The position numbers were made by a program, and so were the translations under genes. A stretch of 64,000 nucleotides of DNA, from positions 925 to 64,924 of IMG/VR virus record IMGVR_UViG_3300012664_000155; one strand, 5' to 3'. The notes beneath the pieces were generated by a model. It worked only from the letters and a program-made list of their open reading frames with translations. It did no database searches and was not told the DNA's origin. The DNA comes from a virus. Lineage: Duplodnaviria; Caudoviricetes. Below, in pieces: positions 9,704 to 20,722 of the stretch; position 1 is the first letter of the stretch; each line of letters starts with the position of its first letter.

Positions 9704-12172
9704 TTAAATTACAAACGTCCAGCCTGTTGATTTGTAAATATATAATCCTTCTATCATGTCTGTTTGATAAACAATTAATCCTATAGATGGAGTTAATATT
9801 GCAGTACGTTGTGCTAAATTTAGTCTAGGGGGTAAGAATCCTTGTGTAGTAGAATCTATTTGTAATTTCGCAGAAGAATTTGGTGAAATTGTTCCGATAC
9901 CTACACTCCCGTTACCTCTAATAATCATTAAATTATTAGTATTGTATCCAGAATTATATAAACTTCCAAATACCATGCTAACCATAGTTCCATCATATTC
10001 AGTATAAATTCTTCCTGTAATATCAACACTATCTCTCCATGCAACCGCGCCTCTAGCGCTTCTATCAGAAGTATATGATAATCCTAATCTTAAAAGTTCA
10101 TTTGCAGATGACGTATTACCTATTTGTAATAATGCTCCTGGAGAAGTTGTACCAATACCAACATTACCACCTGGTAGTATTCTAAATTTTTCAGATCCGT
10201 TTGTTTCAATTGAGAAGTTACCGCCTTGAACAGCAGCATTTACCCTTATAGCAAGATTACCACCATTTCTAGGAGCGTTAGTTCCTTGTGTTATATAAGC
10301 AGTCCCTCCATTTCCAGCTGTTGGAATAATAGAAACATATCCATAAGCATCTGCTGAAAATGTTGTTGTTCCTACTACGTTTAACTTAGATGCTGGAGCA
10401 TTTGTGCCTATACCTACGTTTCCAGCAAAATAATTTTTAACACCTGAAACCTGATATATTCCATAGTCATTAGTTACAGTTCCAACATTAATATCTTGTA
10501 TAAGTAACCTATAAAAATCTCCTATAACACCACCAGAAGTTTGTCCTTGAATGTAAATACCAGCTAACCTATTTGCAGTGTTATTTGCCTGCATGAATAC
10601 TTCAGATTTTATTCCACTCCATTCATGCCCTGTACTATATGAATATGTGTTAGTGCCTGTAAATTGTATTCTACCTAATACACCTGCTGACCCATATCCA
10701 CCAATCGTACCTTGACCAGCAATATTTAAATTACCTTGTATTCCCCATCTATATGCTGTTGTTGCAGTAAAAGTTGGTTGATAAGTTACACTTAAAGCGC
10801 TTGTTCTATCTAATGTATTACTAAGAGAAGAATATATATTTACTTTATTTTCTCCAAGACTTGTTGTACCAATACCTACATTAGTACCGTTGTCATATAT
10901 TAAACTATTTCCTAGTGCACTTGTTCCTGTGAATTTAGATAAATAGTTAGTAGTTCCTGTACCAGTTATAGGATTGGTTAATGCATTTTGTTTAGCGTTC
11001 CATATTGAAGCTGATGCTATTCTAGAGTCTGCTAATGTTCCTGTCCAACCTAATGTTAAAGATACATCCTGTAGCAAAGAAGTTCCTGGTGTTCCGCCTA
11101 ATGTAAGAGTAACATTTGTGTCATCTGTTTTAGTTAAAGCAGAAGGGGTGACTGATGGTATACTTGGAAAAGCCGCTACACTACCATCACCTCTTAAGTA
11201 ATCAGATATAGTACCTGTTGGGTTATTAAACTTTAGATTTAATGCTGTTTGTTGTGCTGTAGATACAGGCTTATTTACATCACTTGTATTATCTACATTT
11301 CCTAAACCTACTGATGTCTTGTCTAATGTTTTATTTTTCCATAAAGAAGAAGATGATTCATAAGTTAATACTTGGTCATTAGCAGGTGTAGTTATAGATA
11401 CATTATGAAGTTCATCTAATTCATAACCATTATCAACTTTTACAAATATCTTTCCGTGTATAGCGTGCGCATACTCTACATATCCAATAACAATTAGATG
11501 CTCTGGAGCAACTGGCTTTACATTAGTTATGTTACCTGCTGTTGTTGGAGATAGATACAAAACATCACCATCTGCCCATGTCTCGCCCTGTAAAGATCCT
11601 GTTGTGTTGATTTCTTTTACCTGACCGCTTGTTGTGATGAATCCCTCTTGATTCTTAAGTATAGTCTCTGTAACTAAACCTATAGTTGTAGCTGAGTTAA
11701 AGTCATTGTTTGCCTGTGCTAGTTGAACACTTAAACGCTGACCTGTAGCTCCTGAAACTTTAACTGCTTGATAGTTAGCCTCTAGTAAGTCAACAGTAGC
11801 TTTATTTACTACTCTAACAACTAACTCTTGACCCATCTGAAGAGTTACATTTCCTCCCTTTAGACCGACATCTACAGTTCCATCAGTGTTATTCCAACGC
11901 ATTACAGCAACTCCTGCCGTACCTGTTGGTGACTGATCGAACTCTACCTGTCCTGTCTTTAGCTCATGCTCACCTAAGTCAACATCTGATGTTGCTCCTG
12001 TGTAAGGAACATATCCACTTAAGTCCGTCTCTGGCTGCCATGTGCCGTCTCCGTGTAGAACGGTCGTGCTATCTGCCGTACCGCTACCTAAGTTAAATGT
12101 AGGGATCTTGTCCTCTTGGGAGAAGACTGTAATCTTCTCCCTTACTTTTTTTAAAGGACGTGGGACAATCAT
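9704..12172 (-). CDS. tail fibre protein
   Basis: 822 aa, repeated NVGIGTTSP-type motifs, Gly/Thr/Ser rich. Confidence 0.8.
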   Translation of the reverse strand: MIVPRPLKKVREKITVFSQEDKIPTFNLGSGTADSTTVLHGDGTWQPETDLSGYVPYTGATSDVDLGEHELKTGQVEFDQSPTGTAGVAVMRWNNTDGTVDVGLKGGNVTLQMGQELVVRVVNKATVDLLEANYQAVKVSGATGQRLSVQLAQANNDFNSATTIGLVTETILKNQEGFITTSGQVKEINTTGSLQGETWADGDVLYLSPTTAGNITNVKPVAPEHLIVIGYVEYAHAIHGKIFVKVDNGYELDELHNVSITTPANDQVLTYESSSSLWKNKTLDKTSVGLGNVDNTSDVNKPVSTAQQTALNLKFNNPTGTISDYLRGDGSVAAFPSIPSVTPSALTKTDDTNVTLTLGGTPGTSLLQDVSLTLGWTGTLADSRIASASIWNAKQNALTNPITGTGTTNYLSKFTGTSALGNSLIYDNGTNVGIGTTSLGENKVNIYSSLSNTLDRTSALSVTYQPTFTATTAYRWGIQGNLNIAGQGTIGGYGSAGVLGRIQFTGTNTYSYSTGHEWSGIKSEVFMQANNTANRLAGIYIQGQTSGGVIGDFYRLLIQDINVGTVTNDYGIYQVSGVKNYFAGNVGIGTNAPASKLNVVGTTTFSADAYGYVSIIPTAGNGGTAYITQGTNAPRNGGNLAIRVNAAVQGGNFSIETNGSEKFRILPGGNVGIGTTSPGALLQIGNTSSANELLRLGLSYTSDRSARGAVAWRDSVDITGRIYTEYDGTMVSMVFGSLYNSGYNTNNLMIIRGNGSVGIGTISPNSSAKLQIDSTTQGFLPPRLNLAQRTAILTPSIGLIVYQTDMIEGLYIYKSTGWTFVI

Positions 12173-12173
12173 G

Positions 12174-12329
12174 TTATTCTCCCTTAAGAGTTTTCAACTC
12201 ATTATACATAGCTAATAATTCAGCTTCTTTTTGAGCGATTAATTCTTCTTGTGTTGGCTCATCTGATTCAACAAACTTAACTTCTAAAAGTCCATTATCA
12301 TCATAAATCTCTTGTCTAATTTGTGCCAT
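12174..12329 (-). CDS. hypothetical protein (51 aa)
   Basis: Manual translation MAQIRQEIYDDNGLLEVKFVESDEPTQEELIAQKEAELLAMYNELKTLKGE. Confidence 0.65.
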   Translation of the reverse strand: MAQIRQEIYDDNGLLEVKFVESDEPTQEELIAQKEAELLAMYNELKTLKGE

Positions 12330-12333
12330 AATA

Positions 12334-13038
12334 TTATGCTTTTACTAAATAAAATAATGGGTTTGGTTGACTATCTACAGTATACGCAACTCCTAATAAA
12401 GATGTAGGAGCTCCACTTAAATAAGGGGCATTAAAAATATATTTAGTTGTTACTGAACCAAATGTACCATTGTTTTTTATGTATATTGAACCAGAAGCAG
12501 AAACCCCACTCATAGTACCAGTCATATTTGCATTGCTTGTTTGATATCCGAGCCAATATGTAAAACCAGCTTCAAATGTAAATGTGGCATTATATGTTTT
12601 TACACCACTTGGATTAGCAGATAAATCAGAGCTATTTAACAATAATTCATTTGGTTTTCCATCTAAATCTGAATATATTGATAATCTAATAACTGCACCA
12701 GCAGTATAAGCAACTGAAACATTAATATTTAAAGATGAAACTGTAAATGTTTGATTTGGTATGTATGGAAAGCAAACTATTTTTTCAGAATATTGTGTAA
12801 TATTTGACAAAGATGTAGTACTTAACCCAATAAGGTTGGAAGTCCATTCTCCACTTTCTAAAGGTAATAATGAGTGAACTCCTTTTAATCCACCTACCAA
12901 AGCCTTAATGTCTTTTCCTGTAGTTGATCTACTCTCATAAGAAGCTCCGCCTCCTAGATCTATAGCTACCTCAAACAAATCATCTTCCTTTAAAGGAACT
13001 GATATTGCTGGTAGTTGTGATATTTTTTTATTTGCCAT
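12334..13038 (-). CDS. putative virion structural protein
   Basis: 234 aa, MANKKISQLP N-terminal motif common in phage fibre/spike proteins, beta-rich. Confidence 0.6.
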   Translation of the reverse strand: MANKKISQLPAISVPLKEDDLFEVAIDLGGGASYESRSTTGKDIKALVGGLKGVHSLLPLESGEWTSNLIGLSTTSLSNITQYSEKIVCFPYIPNQTFTVSSLNINVSVAYTAGAVIRLSIYSDLDGKPNELLLNSSDLSANPSGVKTYNATFTFEAGFTYWLGYQTSNANMTGTMSGVSASGSIYIKNNGTFGSVTTKYIFNAPYLSGAPTSLLGVAYTVDSQPNPLFYLVKA

Positions 13039-13040
13039 AA

Positions 13041-13184
13041 TTATTCTGTTTCTCTTGTTTGACCGTCCTCTGTTACTCTATTGAAGTCCTCCTCAGTTAT
13101 ACGAATATCTGTCAACCCAGGATTTATAGGTCCTGTAGATTGCTGAGACTGTATAGCGATTGATATTCCTAGTATAGAAGGCAT
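13041..13184 (-). CDS. hypothetical protein (47 aa)
   Basis: Manual translation MPSILGISIAIQSQQSTGPINPGLTDIRITEEDFNRVTEDGQTRETE. Confidence 0.6.
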   Translation of the reverse strand: MPSILGISIAIQSQQSTGPINPGLTDIRITEEDFNRVTEDGQTRETE

Positions 13185-13185
13185 A

Positions 13186-13434
13186 TTACCAAAGTGCTAA
13201 AATGTCAGCTGCCGAACTTGACGGCATAACTTTCTTGATTGATACTGGCATGAACATGCCGCTTGGTACATTTTTAAATGTAACAGCATCTCCATCCTCT
13301 GTAACTACATCCAAGTCCCCACCTGTACCTATATAAAGTACACATGGTTGGTATGTCTGCCCATCAATTAAGATGGGAGCATCGGTAGGTACAACGACCT
13401 GCGCTTTGCTTACTTGTAATTTTTGATATCCCAT
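13186..13434 (-). CDS. head spike-base-like protein (RcGTA spike base family-like)
   Basis: VLYIGTGGDLDVVTEDGDAVTFKNVPSGMFMPVSIKKV...ADILALW pattern; probable start MGYQKL. Confidence 0.55.
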   Translation of the reverse strand: MGYQKLQVSKAQVVVPTDAPILIDGQTYQPCVLYIGTGGDLDVVTEDGDAVTFKNVPSGMFMPVSIKKVMPSSSAADILALW

Positions 13435-13441
13435 TTTTTTT

Positions 13442-13780
13442 TTAGATATTAATAGCTTTAATATTGTATTGATCATTTATAGCATATGTAAAATTACCTG
13501 ATTTTAAAGTATCATCCTCATACACTAAATTAGCTGTCAATAATTCAAACACATCTCCTTCATTTAACTCTGGTTTATTAGAATTAATTGCAGAATCACA
13601 TAACTCATTTTCAACTGAAGTACAAACAATAGGTGCCTCAAAATCTTCTTTATCTATGTAAAATTTAGCTCTTTCTACAGCTGTTCCATCTTTTAATAAA
13701 GAAAAATCTTCTTCAGTCATAGGATAGATATTTACAGCCATCCATGAATTTGTCTTATTTTTAAAAGTAAATGTCTTCAT
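13442..13780 (-). CDS. hypothetical protein
   Basis: 112-aa ORF in structural operon. Confidence 0.7.
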   Translation of the reverse strand: MKTFTFKNKTNSWMAVNIYPMTEEDFSLLKDGTAVERAKFYIDKEDFEAPIVCTSVENELCDSAINSNKPELNEGDVFELLTANLVYEDDTLKSGNFTYAINDQYNIKAINI

Positions 13781-13782
13781 GG

Positions 13783-14334
13783 TTATGGTTTTAATTTTGC
13801 TGTTACTCTTACAACTATGTTATCAATTGTATAATTCATTGGTAATGAACTAACTGTAGAATATATTCCAATCTGTCCAATCATGTCAGGTGTATACTGT
13901 GAATAATCAGCACCTACAATTCCTGCTGGAGTAATAAATGGAATCGCAGAAACACTAGCTACTTCAATTGCCCAATCATAAAGAGAAGGATTTGGTAATG
14001 AAGTAAGTAACCGTATGCTATAACCAGCTGATGCTCCAGCAAATGTTAATTGTACATCACCTGGATTTATTAAAGCATCATTCTTAAATTCAACTAAATT
14101 TGTAATTTCATTACCTGGGAAACCAGGCATTACTTCAGTTGCTGAAAATTTTAAGAATGAAACTAATGTGTCATCTGATGGTGGTGTTGGAGGCAAGTTA
14201 GCCTCAACTGTAGCAGCTATATCCTCTATAGAATATGTTGGATCATTAGTGTTTACTAACGATGATCTTTTGTTAAGGTTTGACGCACCTACTCTGATAG
14301 CGTCAAACCTAGTTCCTGATGGAATTAATGTCAT
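13783..14334 (-). CDS. putative virion fibre/decoration protein
   Basis: 183 aa; shares a ~43-aa N-terminus with the next gene. Confidence 0.6.
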   Translation of the reverse strand: MTLIPSGTRFDAIRVGASNLNKRSSLVNTNDPTYSIEDIAATVEANLPPTPPSDDTLVSFLKFSATEVMPGFPGNEITNLVEFKNDALINPGDVQLTFAGASAGYSIRLLTSLPNPSLYDWAIEVASVSAIPFITPAGIVGADYSQYTPDMIGQIGIYSTVSSLPMNYTIDNIVVRVTAKLKP

Positions 14335-14345
14335 ATTTTATGTTT

Positions 14346-16061
14346 TTATATTGAGTTTATTATAGTATAAGTTCCGTCTAAACCGAATCTAATCACTCCT
14401 GAAGGATCTACTGTCTTAAATGTTCCAGCTGTTAATGTACAGCTTATTAATGCTCCTTGAATCATTAAATCATCTCCTCCAAAAGAGTTATTTCCTGCAA
14501 TACAATTATATGCTTTTCCCGTAAATTTAGAAGCTGTGTTTCCTGATCCGAATGAATCATCTCCACCTACGCAATTTCTAAACTCTCCACCTGATGTGCA
14601 TCCAATTCCTGAACCAAATGACTCATTTCCAGCAACACAATTTATGAAAGTTGCTGATGTTATTACATTAGTTCCATATCCAAAACTACTAGCACCTGCT
14701 GTACAATTTGTATAAGTTCCTCCTGTTATAGTTACGTCAGTTCCAGCCCCAAAAGATTGAGAACCTGCTGTACAACCAATACAAGTTAATAAATTTGTTG
14801 AAGTTCCATTATAGTATCCAAATGATTGGTTACCAGCTGTACAATTGATAAATGTACCTCTTGGATTAGCAGATCCATATCCGAAAGATTGATTACCTGC
14901 TGTACAGTTTTCAACTTTTAAGTTAGATTGATTGATACCAATTTGGAATTTTTTACCATTTGTAATCTTAATACCATTAAAGTATTGGTTATTAGCAATT
15001 GCATTAATCGCAACATTTGAATTACTTGATAATAAAATATCTTGATTTCCAGTCAATGAAACAACATCAACGAAATCAAAAACGGCTGAAAATGTAGTAT
15101 TTAACGAGTAAAAACCTGGTGCTACAACAACAGTAGCTCTGTTTGTTGCAGATAAAGGTGATCCATAAGGAGTTAAAGCTGCTGCCTGATTATATTTTGT
15201 TACTAAATCTAATCCATTAGCTCCAGCTGAAGATAAATTTCCTGGTACTAAAATATAAGATTGTCCAGCCAATCCACCACCTGCTGCTCCATCATTTCCT
15301 TTCTGAGCCACTAAAGACCAATTTGTAGAGTCTGAACTTGGTACGATTGTACTTGTAAATGGAGTAGCTGATATTGATATATAAGAAGATCCATTGTAGA
15401 ACACTGTATCATTCAAGCTGTAGTATCCATTAAGAACCCATAATCCTTGCCATTCCATACCTTGAATTCCTTGAATTCCTTGAATTCCTTGAATTCCTTG
15501 GTCTCCTTTTTGAGCTAACAAAGACCAGTTAGTAGGATCTAAGTCTGGAGTTGTAGTACTTGAGAACGGTGAAGTTGCTATACAGTAATAAGCTGATCCA
15601 TCATATCTAACAGTATCCGTTAAACCATATGAGCCACCTGATACCCATGCCCCTTGCCAAGCAAGACCTACTGGACCTTGAAAACCTTGAGGTCCTTGAG
15701 GTCCTGTAGATCCCTGAGCAGCTAATAATGCCCAGTGAGTAGTGTCAACATTTGGTGCTACTGTACCTCCTGAGATGTCAGATATACAGAACCAAGAAGC
15801 TCCATTATAACCAACAGCATCTGTTGTTGTATAGTTAGTACCAGATGTCCAAGTTCCTTGCCAATCAAGTCCTGTTAAACCTACTGGACCTGGATCTCCT
15901 TGTAAACCTTGAGGTCCTATAGATGCTCCACCGATAGTGTTAGCTAAATCTTCGATTGAATATGTTGGATCATTAGTGTTCGTGAACTCTGACCTCTTAT
16001 TAAGATATTGTGCATTTACTCTAATCGCATCAAATCTCGTTCCTGCTGGAATTAATGTCAT
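14346..16061 (-). CDS. fibre/spike protein with collagen-like linkers, CBM5/12-like repeats and beta-helix
   Basis: GPQG/QGI triplets, three W.G.W...Y...D.V.YNGSS repeats, C-terminal NCTAGNQSFG-type repeats. Confidence 0.7.
   Translation of the reverse strand: MTLIPAGTRFDAIRVNAQYLNKRSEFTNTNDPTYSIEDLANTIGGASIGPQGLQGDPGPVGLTGLDWQGTWTSGTNYTTTDAVGYNGASWFCISDISGGTVAPNVDTTHWALLAAQGSTGPQGPQGFQGPVGLAWQGAWVSGGSYGLTDTVRYDGSAYYCIATSPFSSTTTPDLDPTNWSLLAQKGDQGIQGIQGIQGIQGMEWQGLWVLNGYYSLNDTVFYNGSSYISISATPFTSTIVPSSDSTNWSLVAQKGNDGAAGGGLAGQSYILVPGNLSSAGANGLDLVTKYNQAAALTPYGSPLSATNRATVVVAPGFYSLNTTFSAVFDFVDVVSLTGNQDILLSSNSNVAINAIANNQYFNGIKITNGKKFQIGINQSNLKVENCTAGNQSFGYGSANPRGTFINCTAGNQSFGYYNGTSTNLLTCIGCTAGSQSFGAGTDVTITGGTYTNCTAGASSFGYGTNVITSATFINCVAGNESFGSGIGCTSGGEFRNCVGGDDSFGSGNTASKFTGKAYNCIAGNNSFGGDDLMIQGALISCTLTAGTFKTVDPSGVIRFGLDGTYTIINSI
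15460..15495. repeat. 9-bp tandem repeat (ccttgaatt x4) encoding a collagen-like QGI run
   Basis: Read directly from sequence. Confidence 0.9.
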
Positions 16062-16086
16062 ATTTTATGTCTTTTTATATTTGTTA

Positions 16087-16094
16087 CAAAAATA
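16087..16094 (-). promoter_or_regulatory. -7 box (TATTTTTG)
   Basis: TAnnTTTG upstream of 16061. Confidence 0.5.
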
Positions 16095-16110
16095 CTATTT
16101 TTTTCGCTAC

Positions 16111-16374
16111 CTACTTTTTTGTAGATTTGCCGTTTGCTCCATTACGAGCTCTGTTAGTCTTAGCCTTCTCAAGCACTAACTTACCCTTCTTAGTATGGCT
16201 CATATCCTTACCATCACCGTTACCATAAGTACCAGCCTTACGGTTTGCAGCGTTTAACTCAGAACGATACTTGACCTGTTTAGGTTCTTTGTTTAACTTT
16301 CGTTGGTAAGCTCTGTGCTTCTCTGCTGCCTCTGGGTTCTCCCTGTAGTATTTAGCAGTTCTTCCCAGTGCCAT
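16111..16374 (-). CDS. small basic protein (HNH-like fragment)
   Basis: Lys/Arg rich, DGKDMSH...NRARNG motif. Confidence 0.65.
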   Translation of the reverse strand: MALGRTAKYYRENPEAAEKHRAYQRKLNKEPKQVKYRSELNAANRKAGTYGNGDGKDMSHTKKGKLVLEKAKTNRARNGANGKSTKK

Positions 16375-16510
16375 TCTTGCGCATGTTCTGTTTAACAGTT
16401 TCCTTCATAACTACCTCGTTCATTTCACGCTGCATCTTCTGAATTTTCTTCTCCTGAATAGCCTTATCGATGAATGTCATCTCGCTATATTTTACCTTGA
16501 AGTTTTTCAT
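16352..16510 (-). CDS. hypothetical protein (52 aa)
   Basis: Manual translation MKNFKVKYSEMTFIDKAIQEKKIQKMQREMNEVVMKETVKQNMRKNGTGKNC. Confidence 0.55.
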   Translation of the reverse strand: MKNFKVKYSEMTFIDKAIQEKKIQKMQREMNEVVMKETVKQNMRKNGTGKNC

Positions 16511-16830
16511 AATCTTCCTCCTACTTCTCTACAACCTTTAGGTCCACAGATCATCTTAGGGCTGTTAGCTGGCTTAGTACCTTGAGCAACTGCTCTACCT
16601 TGAGCTCTAGCCTTCTGACGGTTAGCTTGTCTGTCCTCAGACTTGTTCTTCATCTCTCTAACTGCGTTGTAGATTTTGTTGTTCAATGGGTGACGAATCT
16701 CCGCAATACCATTGTTAGTAAATCCTAACTGACGACCGACTGATCTAATCTCCTTCTTAACGTCATTAACTTCTTTTCTTACTTTACCACGGAATCTTCT
16801 CCATCCTGGTCCTTGTTCTTCTGCTGCCAT
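16507..16830 (-). CDS. basic hypothetical protein
   Basis: 107 aa, Arg/Lys rich. Confidence 0.65.
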   Translation of the reverse strand: MAAEEQGPGWRRFRGKVRKEVNDVKKEIRSVGRQLGFTNNGIAEIRHPLNNKIYNAVREMKNKSEDRQANRQKARAQGRAVAQGTKPANSPKMICGPKGCREVGGRL

Positions 16831-16840
16831 AATATATGTT

Positions 16841-17113
16841 TTAACAATTCCATTTTTTTAATGCCAAAGCCTTGCGTGTAGGTCTACCCTTCTCGTCCTT
16901 CATAGGACCTGAAACACCTGACATACGCGCACAGAAAGATTTTCTTCTGTTAGCATCCTTACTACCTGCCTTAAGTTTAGATGGTGGTGTCGTAACAGCC
17001 ATCTTCAACTTACTGCCTGGGTTCTCCTTTCTATATGAAGCAACACCCTTAGCGTTTAACCCTCCTGTCTTACTTTTTCCCTCTTTACGAGTCCAAGCTG
17101 CCGTCTTTGCCAT
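16841..17113 (-). CDS. DUF6321-like basic protein
   Basis: AWTRKEGK..GGLNAKGVASY...RRKSFCARM...WNC pattern. Confidence 0.7.
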   Translation of the reverse strand: MAKTAAWTRKEGKSKTGGLNAKGVASYRKENPGSKLKMAVTTPPSKLKAGSKDANRRKSFCARMSGVSGPMKDEKGRPTRKALALKKWNC

Positions 17114-17131
17114 AGTTTGTTTTTAATACCG

Positions 17132-17149
17132 CAAATATACTTAAATTTG
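17132..17149. promoter_or_regulatory. back-to-back divergent -7 boxes (minus TATATTTG 17132-17139; plus TAAATTTG 17142-17149)
   Basis: Two TAnnTTTG matches 2 nt apart in the 55-nt gap between divergent genes; plus TTTG at 17116-17119. Confidence 0.65.
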
Positions 17150-17168
17150 CAATATAAATTAAATTCAA

Positions 17169-17637
17169 ATGCCGAAGATACAAATATCAAAACGGAAACG
17201 AGCACCATATGTGGCTCATTATCAGATTAAGCCGAAGTACGACTACCTGAAGTACTTCAAGATCGCTAGAAAGTGGGTGAAGTCTAAGTACAAGATATCA
17301 CTTCCAGACCTAGACATGCTACTGTTCCTATACTCAGAGGGTCTATTCAAGAAGACAGACCTCATGCAGTACAGCAACATATTCGCGTTCGATAAGAACA
17401 GACTACAGAAGTTAATAGATGATGGATGGGTTCATGCATGGGCTAAGAAGGTGAGTGGTAACAACCAGTACTACGAGGTAAGCCATAAGTGCAAGACCAT
17501 GATAACGTCCTTCTACAAGAAGCTACGTGGTGAGGAAGAGTATTCAACAGACCCTATCCATAACCCGATGTTTAGTAAGACAGCGAGCTACTCGGATAAG
17601 GTCTTTGCTTTACAGATCAAGAAGATTAACGAGTACG

Positions 17638-17648
<11 letters not shown>
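17169..17648 (+). CDS. winged-helix DNA-binding protein (putative transcription regulator)
   Basis: ISLPDLDMLLFLYSE...KNRLQKLIDDGWV...YYEVSHK MarR-like wHTH pattern; lone plus-strand gene in the block. Confidence 0.6.
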
Positions 17649-19683
<2,035 letters not shown>

Positions 19684-19697
19684 ATCTAATGTTTTAA

Positions 19698-19950
19698 AAT
19701 AACCCCAAGCAGTGTCTACTGATCAGGTAGTCTTACTTGGGGGTGTTAGTGGTTATAGGTCCATTCAAAGAGGCAACGTCTTGCACCAAAGAATTGGATA
19801 CCATTTCCCATTAACGGAGAGACCAAGCAGCAGATCTAACGGGATGCATACTTGGTACTGAGCCTATGTAATGAAATACACAGGGCTTGCAAAAGACCTA
19901 CCCTGGTACGCTCGGCTGGGTTACACCCCAACCCAGAAGCGTGGTAGGTA
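19698..19950 (-). ncRNA. putative ~250-nt multi-hairpin structured RNA downstream of tRNA-Ile2
   Basis: ORF-free; helices ACCUACC/GGUAGGU, ACGCU/AGCGU, CUGGGUU/AACCCAG, two CCAAGUA/UGCUUGG helices; loop GGGGUGU complementary to ACACCCC. Confidence 0.55.
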
Positions 19951-19956
19951 CTATCG

Positions 19957-20030
19957 TGGTCCATCCAGGACTCGAACCTGGGACTTTCGCATTATGAGTG
20001 CGCTACTCTAACCAACTGAGTTAAAGGACC
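19957..20030 (-). tRNA. tRNA with CAU anticodon, probably tRNA-Ile2 (lysidine type)
   Basis: Cloverleaf GGTCCTTTAACTCAGTTGGTTAGAGTAGCGCACTCATAATGCGAAAGTCCCAGGTTCGAGTCCTGGATGGACCA; C4-G69 and C5-G68 match known TilS determinants; no encoded CCA. Confidence 0.9.
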
Positions 20031-20036
20031 AATATA

Positions 20037-20133
20037 CTAAGTCACCGATGCCACTTAGCTTGAAGAGTTATTTAACGACATTTTTCCTACTAAAGAGGCG
20101 GGGTCTCTCTTAACTGTCAAACCCGAATCGGTA
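20037..20133 (-). ncRNA. putative ~95-nt pseudoknotted RNA immediately 5' of tRNA-Ile2
   Basis: UACCGAU/AUCGGUG, GGGUUU/AGACCC and CUAAGU/ACUUAG helices; AAGAG/CUCUU loop pairing. Confidence 0.35.
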
Positions 20134-20466
20134 TTAAGGTATCTTTAAAAATTCATAAATTTCATCAAATAGCCACCCAGTTAAATAGGCTTCTGGTTCA
20201 TCATTGTGTCTATCAAGTTCCATTGCACAATCTAAAAATATGTGGTTTTTGATATGCACAATTTCATGAGCCACATTGCTTAAATGGTTATGATCAGTGA
20301 AAGCTACTACATAGTGTCTATCTTTTGTATCATCCTTAAATACTAATGCCTTAAATCCTTCAACATCTTTTAATTTATACTTATCAGCAACTTTAGATAA
20401 ATCTTCAGATAAGATCATTGTCAATCGGCAGCCATAAATAGGGATAGCTATGTTTTTAGTCTTCAC
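20134..20466 (-). CDS. HExxH zincin-like small protein
   Basis: VAHEIVH...EPEAYL motif; GTG start. Confidence 0.55.
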   Translation of the reverse strand: MKTKNIAIPIYGCRLTMILSEDLSKVADKYKLKDVEGFKALVFKDDTKDRHYVVAFTDHNHLSNVAHEIVHIKNHIFLDCAMELDRHNDEPEAYLTGWLFDEIYEFLKIP

Positions 20467-20478
20467 AGTTCTTGTTGT

Positions 20479-20700
20479 TTAATATTTTCCTTTTTTAATT
20501 ACATGGGTTATTCTCCCAAAATCCTCTTCTCTGCGGCTTTCTATTTTAATTCGGAGACTATCCCAATCCATATCCATAGCATAGACACATAATTCTTTTT
20601 TAAAAGGTAGGTTAATATAGAATGGTATTTTTAAACCAAACGTATTTTTTGAGTGTCTCATATATGAGTTTTTCACTATTTTATTTAATAATTTCTTCAT
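20479..20700 (-). CDS. hypothetical protein
   Basis: 73-aa ORF flanked by AAACAACAAGAAC junction repeats. Confidence 0.6.
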   Translation of the reverse strand: MKKLLNKIVKNSYMRHSKNTFGLKIPFYINLPFKKELCVYAMDMDWDSLRIKIESRREEDFGRITHVIKKGKY

Positions 20701-20722
20701 TGTTCTTGTTGTTTAAAGGTTA

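Noticed and set aside
9704-16061. Diversity-generating retroelement acting on fibre genes
   Set aside because: No reverse transcriptase ORF and no TR/VR pair differing at adenines were seen.
19930-19956. Theta/HDV-like ribozyme at tRNA 3' trailers
   Set aside because: Neither tRNA 3' end is followed by G+1 and a recognisable P1/P3/P1.1 nested pseudoknot.
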